Program-made: the position numbers and the translations under genes
In this document: positions 50,930 through 55,058 of the stretch, in pieces
How positions within the stretch are numbered: position 1 is the stretch's first letter
Layout: every line of letters begins with the position of its first letter
The notes under the pieces: model-generated
Seen by the model: the letters and a program-made list of their open reading frames with translations, nothing else
What the model was told of the DNA's origin: nothing
Database searches by the model: none
DNA from: Chloroflexota bacterium
GTDB taxonomy: Bacteria > Chloroflexota > UBA11872
DNA length: 55,058 nucleotides
Direction of reading: 5' to 3'
Assembly: GCA_047516685.1 (NCBI GenBank)
Contig: JAKZUJ010000062.1
Location: 1-55,058 of the forward strand

Positions 50930-51547
50930 TCAAGCATCCTTGTCCGGGGCCGGCAGGCCGGCCGCGGCCAGCCGTTCCAGATAGCGTGCGATGATATCCA
51001 CTTCAATATTAACAGCCGTCCCGGGCCGATAGCCGGAAATGACGGTGATTTCACGGGTGTGGGGGACGATATTGACCTCGAACGCGCCGGAATCCACCGC
51101 ATTGACCGTCAGGCTGACGCCATCCACGGCCACCGAACCCTTGCGGGCGACATAGGGCATTAACGGAGCATCCGCTGCGATGCAGAGCTTCACCGATCGT
51201 GCCTCCCGTTCCACGCTGACAATACGACCCACTCCGTCCACGTGCCCGGTGACCAGGTGACCGTCAACGGTATCGCTCAACCGCAGCGCGCCTTCCAGGT
51301 TGACGGGGTCCCCGTCCCGAAGTCGGCCCAGGGTGGTCCTGGAGAGTGTTTCCAGCGAGACATCGGCACTGAACTGCCCGTCGCCGCCACCGACCATGGT
51401 CAGGCAGACGCCGTTGACCGCGATACTGCAGCCAGGCGACAACCGCGGCAGAACCGCATCTCCGATGCCGATGGTCAGGCGCCGGTCCCCCGCCAGCTCC
51501 TCGCGGCGAAGGAGTCGACCCGTGCCCGTTACGATTCCGCTAAACAT
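50930..51547 (-). CDS. ribE: Riboflavin synthase
   Basis: MFSGIV, SIAVNGVCLT, GHLVTGHVD, KGSVAVDGVSLT, VNIEVD. Confidence 0.97.
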   Translation of the reverse strand: MFSGIVTGTGRLLRREELAGDRRLTIGIGDAVLPRLSPGCSIAVNGVCLTMVGGGDGQFSADVSLETLSRTTLGRLRDGDPVNLEGALRLSDTVDGHLVTGHVDGVGRIVSVEREARSVKLCIAADAPLMPYVARKGSVAVDGVSLTVNAVDSGAFEVNIVPHTREITVISGYRPGTAVNIEVDIIARYLERLAAAGLPAPDKDA

Positions 51548-52629
51548 GCCGTGATTCTAAGGTCCCGCCCGACGCGGCGTATGTCTTCATACTTGAGCGC
51601 GACGCGCCGCTCAAGGCTCACCAGCGGCTCCATGGCGAACATGCCCCGGGCGTCGGCCCCGAGCACGGCGGGCGCGAGGTAGATCACCAACTCGTCGATC
51701 AGGCCGGCATCGAGCAGCGCACCGTTCAGCCTTGCGCCCGCTTCCACCCATACTTCGTTGAATTCCATTTCCCCGAGCCGGGTCATCACGCTGGCAAGGT
51801 CGCAGCGAGCGTTTCCCGGGACCGACTCCACCCGCGCTCCCGATTGGCGGAGCGCCTGGGCAGCCCGCCGCGCTCCCCGCGAAGCGAAGACGATGACGTC
51901 GCCGGGCGAGTCCAGGAGTTTCGCCTGCGGCGGCGTGCGCAGGCGCGAATCGAGCACCACCCGCGCCGGTTGCACGATGGCTCGTTCGGTGTCCGGAGGC
52001 CGGGCGTCGAGCCCCGGGTCGTCGGCGAGCACCGTGCCGATACCCGTCAGAATCGCGCTGGAGCGCGCTCGCCACCGGTGTACGTCGCGGCGGGCCGCCG
52101 CACTCGTGATCCACTGGCTGGCCCCGTTCGCGAGCGCCGTACGCCCGTCCAGACTGGCTGCGAGCTTGCTGCGCACCAGTGGCCGCCCCCGGGTCATGCG
52201 CGTCAGGTAACCGGGATTCAGGCCGGCGGCGGATGCCTCGAGCACCCCCGTGGCGACGTCCACCCCGGCTTCCCTGAGACAGCGTATCCCGGCGCCGCGG
52301 ACCAACGGGTTGGGATCGGAGCCGGCGCATACGACGCGCGCCACCCGCGCGGCGGTCAGCGCTTGCGCGCAGGGCCCCGTGCGCCCGGTATGGTTGCACG
52401 GTTCCAGGGTGACGAAGGCGGTGGCTCCCGCGGCGTTGCCACCGGCCCGATCGAGCGCCATCCGCTCCGCATGCGGGCCACCCGCGGGCTCGGTCCAGCC
52501 TTCACCGACGATTTCGCCTGCCTTGACCAGCACACAGCCCACGCGAGGATTCGGGTCGGTGGAATAGAGGCCCCGCCGCGCCAGGCGCACGGCTCTGGCC
52601 ATGAAGAACTCGTCCGACGGAGCCGTCAC
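51529..52629 (-). CDS. ribD: Bifunctional riboflavin deaminase/reductase
   Basis: PNPRVGC, HAE, TLEPCNH.GRTGPC, SLDG, SQWIT, VEAG. Confidence 0.97.
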   Translation of the reverse strand: MTAPSDEFFMARAVRLARRGLYSTDPNPRVGCVLVKAGEIVGEGWTEPAGGPHAERMALDRAGGNAAGATAFVTLEPCNHTGRTGPCAQALTAARVARVVCAGSDPNPLVRGAGIRCLREAGVDVATGVLEASAAGLNPGYLTRMTRGRPLVRSKLAASLDGRTALANGASQWITSAAARRDVHRWRARSSAILTGIGTVLADDPGLDARPPDTERAIVQPARVVLDSRLRTPPQAKLLDSPGDVIVFASRGARRAAQALRQSGARVESVPGNARCDLASVMTRLGEMEFNEVWVEAGARLNGALLDAGLIDELVIYLAPAVLGADARGMFAMEPLVSLERRVALKYEDIRRVGRDLRITACLAES

Positions 52630-53129
52630 TTGTGGTCGTCCGGCAATAGCGACAACTGCTCGCGGTCGATCGGCAGCGGCAGCGACTGGAGCCGCTCGAC
52701 CTCCTCCCGGAACTCGGCGATGTCCTGAAAACTGCGATACACCGATGCGTAGCGCACGTAGGCAACCTGGTCCAGACCGCGCAATTCCTGCATCACCATG
52801 TCGCCGATAACCCTGCCGCTGACTTCGCGTTCGCCCATGGTCTGGAGACTGTGGAGCAGCCGATCGATGCCCTCCTCGACTGCCTCGCTCTCGATAGGCC
52901 GCTTCTCCAACGCCCGGGCAATACCGGCGCGCAGTTTCGCCTCATCGAAAGGTTCACGCCGCCCGTCGCGCTTGACGACGCGGGGCATGACCAGCTCCGC
53001 CGTTTCGAATGTCGTATAGCGCTCCCGGCAATCCTGGCACTCGCGACGGCGGCGCACCTGGCGACCTTCACCGGCCAACCTGGAATCGATGACCTTGGTT
53101 TCGTCGTGATTGCAGAATGGACAATGCAC
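52626..53129 (-). CDS. nrdR: Transcriptional repressor NrdR
   Basis: CPFC, VIDSR, RRRREC..C, ATP cone, [10 protein letters not shown]. Confidence 0.97.
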   Translation of the reverse strand: MHCPFCNHDETKVIDSRLAGEGRQVRRRRECQDCRERYTTFETAELVMPRVVKRDGRREPFDEAKLRAGIARALEKRPIESEAVEEGIDRLLHSLQTMGEREVSGRVIGDMVMQELRGLDQVAYVRYASVYRSFQDIAEFREEVERLQSLPLPIDREQLSLLPDDHK

Positions 53130-53147
53130 AGCTGCCCGGGCTCTCCT

Positions 53148-54425
53148 TCACCCGATCGCCGCAGAATAAACCGGGAAGCGGCTTGACAATTCCCGCACTC
53201 CGGCGCGCACCCGGTGCACGACGGCCTCGCGGGCCACGTCATCGTGCATGGCATCCAGGATGTCGGCAATCCAACCACCCAGTTGCTCCGCCTGCGCCTC
53301 CACGAATCCGCGGGTGGTGATCGCCGGCGTACCGATTCTCAGGCCGCTCGTGACCCTGGGCGGTCGCGGGTCGTTGGGCACCGCATTCCGGTTCACGGTG
53401 ATGTTGGCCTGGCCCAGGGCTTCTTCCGCCGCCTGGCCGGTAATCCCCTGCCTGATCAGATCCACCAGCATCAGGTGATTGTCGGTCCCGCCGGAGACGA
53501 TCTTGTAGCCCCTGTCCATGAGCGTGGCTGCCATGCAGCGCGCGTTTGCCAGCACCTGGATCTGGTACGCCCTGAACTCCGGCCGCGAGGCTTCGGCGAG
53601 CGCCACCGCCTTGGCAGCGATCACGTGCATCAACGGGCCGCCCTGGGTACAGGGAAATACCTGGAAATTGATTCGCTTGGTCAGCTCGGGATTGTGCCGC
53701 GCAAGAATCAGCCCGCCGCGCGGCCCGCGCAGGGTCTTGTGGGTGGTCGTGGTGGTGATATCTGCGATAGTCACCGGGTTGGGATACACGCCGGCCGCCA
53801 CCAATCCCGCCACATGGGCCATGTCCACCAGCAGATAGGCCCCGACGTCGTCCGCGATCTCGCGGAATCGCTGCCAATCCACCACGCGCGAATACGCCGA
53901 GAACCCGGCGACGATCACCTTTGGGCGATGCTCGCGGGCCAGTTCCGCAACCGCATCGTAATCGATCTCCCCGCTCTGCCGGTCCACACCGTATTGGACG
54001 GACCGAAAGACCCTGCCGGAGAAGTTCACCTTCGCGCCGTGCGTCAGGTGACCGCCGTCGGGCAGGCTCATGCCCAACAAGGTGTCGCCCGGCTCCATCA
54101 TCGCAAGGTACGCGGCCATGTTCGCCTGGGATCCGGAATGGGGCTGCACATTCGCAAAGTCGGCGCCGAAAAGTGACTTGGCCCGCTCGATCGCCAGCCG
54201 TTCCGCCACGTCCACGTACTCGCAGCCCCCGTAGTAGCGGCGTCCGGGGTAGCCCTCGGCGTACTTGTTGGTCAATACCGAACCCTGGGCCTCGAGCACC
54301 CGGGGACTGGCAAAATTCTCCGAGCCGATCAGTTCGATGTGCTCTTCCTGGCGGCGGCGTTCGCCTTCCAGCGCATGGAAGAGTTCCTCGTCAAAGCCCT
54401 GAATCCTGTGTGTCTCATCGAACAT
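53148..54425 (-). CDS. glyA: Serine hydroxymethyltransferase
   Basis: [41 protein letters not shown]. Confidence 0.98.
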   Translation of the reverse strand: MFDETHRIQGFDEELFHALEGERRRQEEHIELIGSENFASPRVLEAQGSVLTNKYAEGYPGRRYYGGCEYVDVAERLAIERAKSLFGADFANVQPHSGSQANMAAYLAMMEPGDTLLGMSLPDGGHLTHGAKVNFSGRVFRSVQYGVDRQSGEIDYDAVAELAREHRPKVIVAGFSAYSRVVDWQRFREIADDVGAYLLVDMAHVAGLVAAGVYPNPVTIADITTTTTHKTLRGPRGGLILARHNPELTKRINFQVFPCTQGGPLMHVIAAKAVALAEASRPEFRAYQIQVLANARCMAATLMDRGYKIVSGGTDNHLMLVDLIRQGITGQAAEEALGQANITVNRNAVPNDPRPPRVTSGLRIGTPAITTRGFVEAQAEQLGGWIADILDAMHDDVAREAVVHRVRAGVRELSSRFPVYSAAIG

Positions 54426-54586
54426 TGACCGCGTCCGTTAACGGGGGTGCGCATTGTAACGCTTCGCCCGAATCTCTCACCAACCTTCTTCGGCGGCCAC
54501 ATCTTCCACGGCGGACGCGCGACGGCTCACTTCGAGCGCCATTGAAAAATGCGGGCTACACCGAATGCTTGCGCCTGCCGGAAAGA

Positions 54587-55058
54587 TCAGAGCAGTTCCC
54601 GGGCCGACGCGGGATCGGCGAATCCTTCCACCAGCCGCGTCCAGGCCCGCGCCAGATTGTTGCGGTTGTAGCCCCCGGCGCCCATGCCGAGGATGCGGCC
54701 GCCGCAGTAGCGATCGGCCAGCTCCCGCATGCGCGCCGCCGCGTGGCCGTGGGCGTGCTCGCTGTACTGCAGGTGCGTGATGGGATCGCCGGCAAGGGAA
54801 TCGGCGCCGCCATTGAGCAGCATCAACTGGGGTTTCGTGTCCTCGAGATAGGCCTCGACTTCGGCCCAGGCGCCCAGAAACGCCTCGTCGCCCGATCCCG
54901 GAGCCATGGGGATATTGAGCTTGGTCCCCGCCGCGGCGCCGCGGCCGGTTTCGTTGCGCGCGCCCGTGCCCGGGTAGAGAAAGCGGCCATCCTCGTGGAT
55001 GTCGGCAAAGAGCGCCCTCGGTTCGGTTTCGAATCCGTAGAACACGCCGTCGCCGTGG
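54587..55058 (-). CDS. Histone deacetylase / AcuC family protein (5' truncated by the window edge)
   Basis: HGDG, IHE, YPGTG, LNIP, GADSLAGDP, GGY. Confidence 0.92.
   Translation of the reverse strand, partial: HGDGVFYGFETEPRALFADIHEDGRFLYPGTGARNETGRGAAAGTKLNIPMAPGSGDEAFLGAWAEVEAYLEDTKPQLMLLNGGADSLAGDPITHLQYSEHAHGHAAARMRELADRYCGGRILGMGAGGYNRNNLARAWTRLVEGFADPASARELL

Noticed and set aside
54426-54586. ZTP riboswitch before glyA, or FMN riboswitch for the rib operon
   Set aside because: Consensus motifs not found; the rib genes are tightly coupled to nrdR.

Overview
The window looks like two unrelated high-GC genomes joined head-to-head at about 38,955. The left part (1-~38.9 kb) has Chloroflexota-like housekeeping gene order: dprA-secD-secF; iscS-alaS-baseplate-J-like-ruvX-mltG-M24 peptidase-efp-accB-like; SpoIID-argF-cdaA-cdaR; GT4/YfhO/ANTAR; dnaN-ggt; DUF3048; an RNase J-like MBL hydrolase; and a cyclase-like gene. 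It opens with a decaying defence-type islet: an hsdS pseudogene, a low-GC putative nuclease, rhuM remnants and an intact rhuM-fic gene. The right part (~39-55 kb) has Gammaproteobacteria-like order: parE-parC, oxyR/katG, xseB, glyA-nrdR-ribD-ribE-ribBX-ribH-nusB-thiL-pgpA and an HDAC. Most notable: (1) three in-register 25-bp palindromic cassettes (AAC-N7-N5-N7'-GTT) with different arms, one inside rhuM and two in decayed rhuM copies upstream; (2) a lysine-free, non-biotinylatable BCCP homolog at the efp-accB position, resembling plant BADC proteins; (3) the junction itself, in a 9-bp tandem repeat where two truncated genes collide. All calls come from reading motifs by eye; no searches were run.
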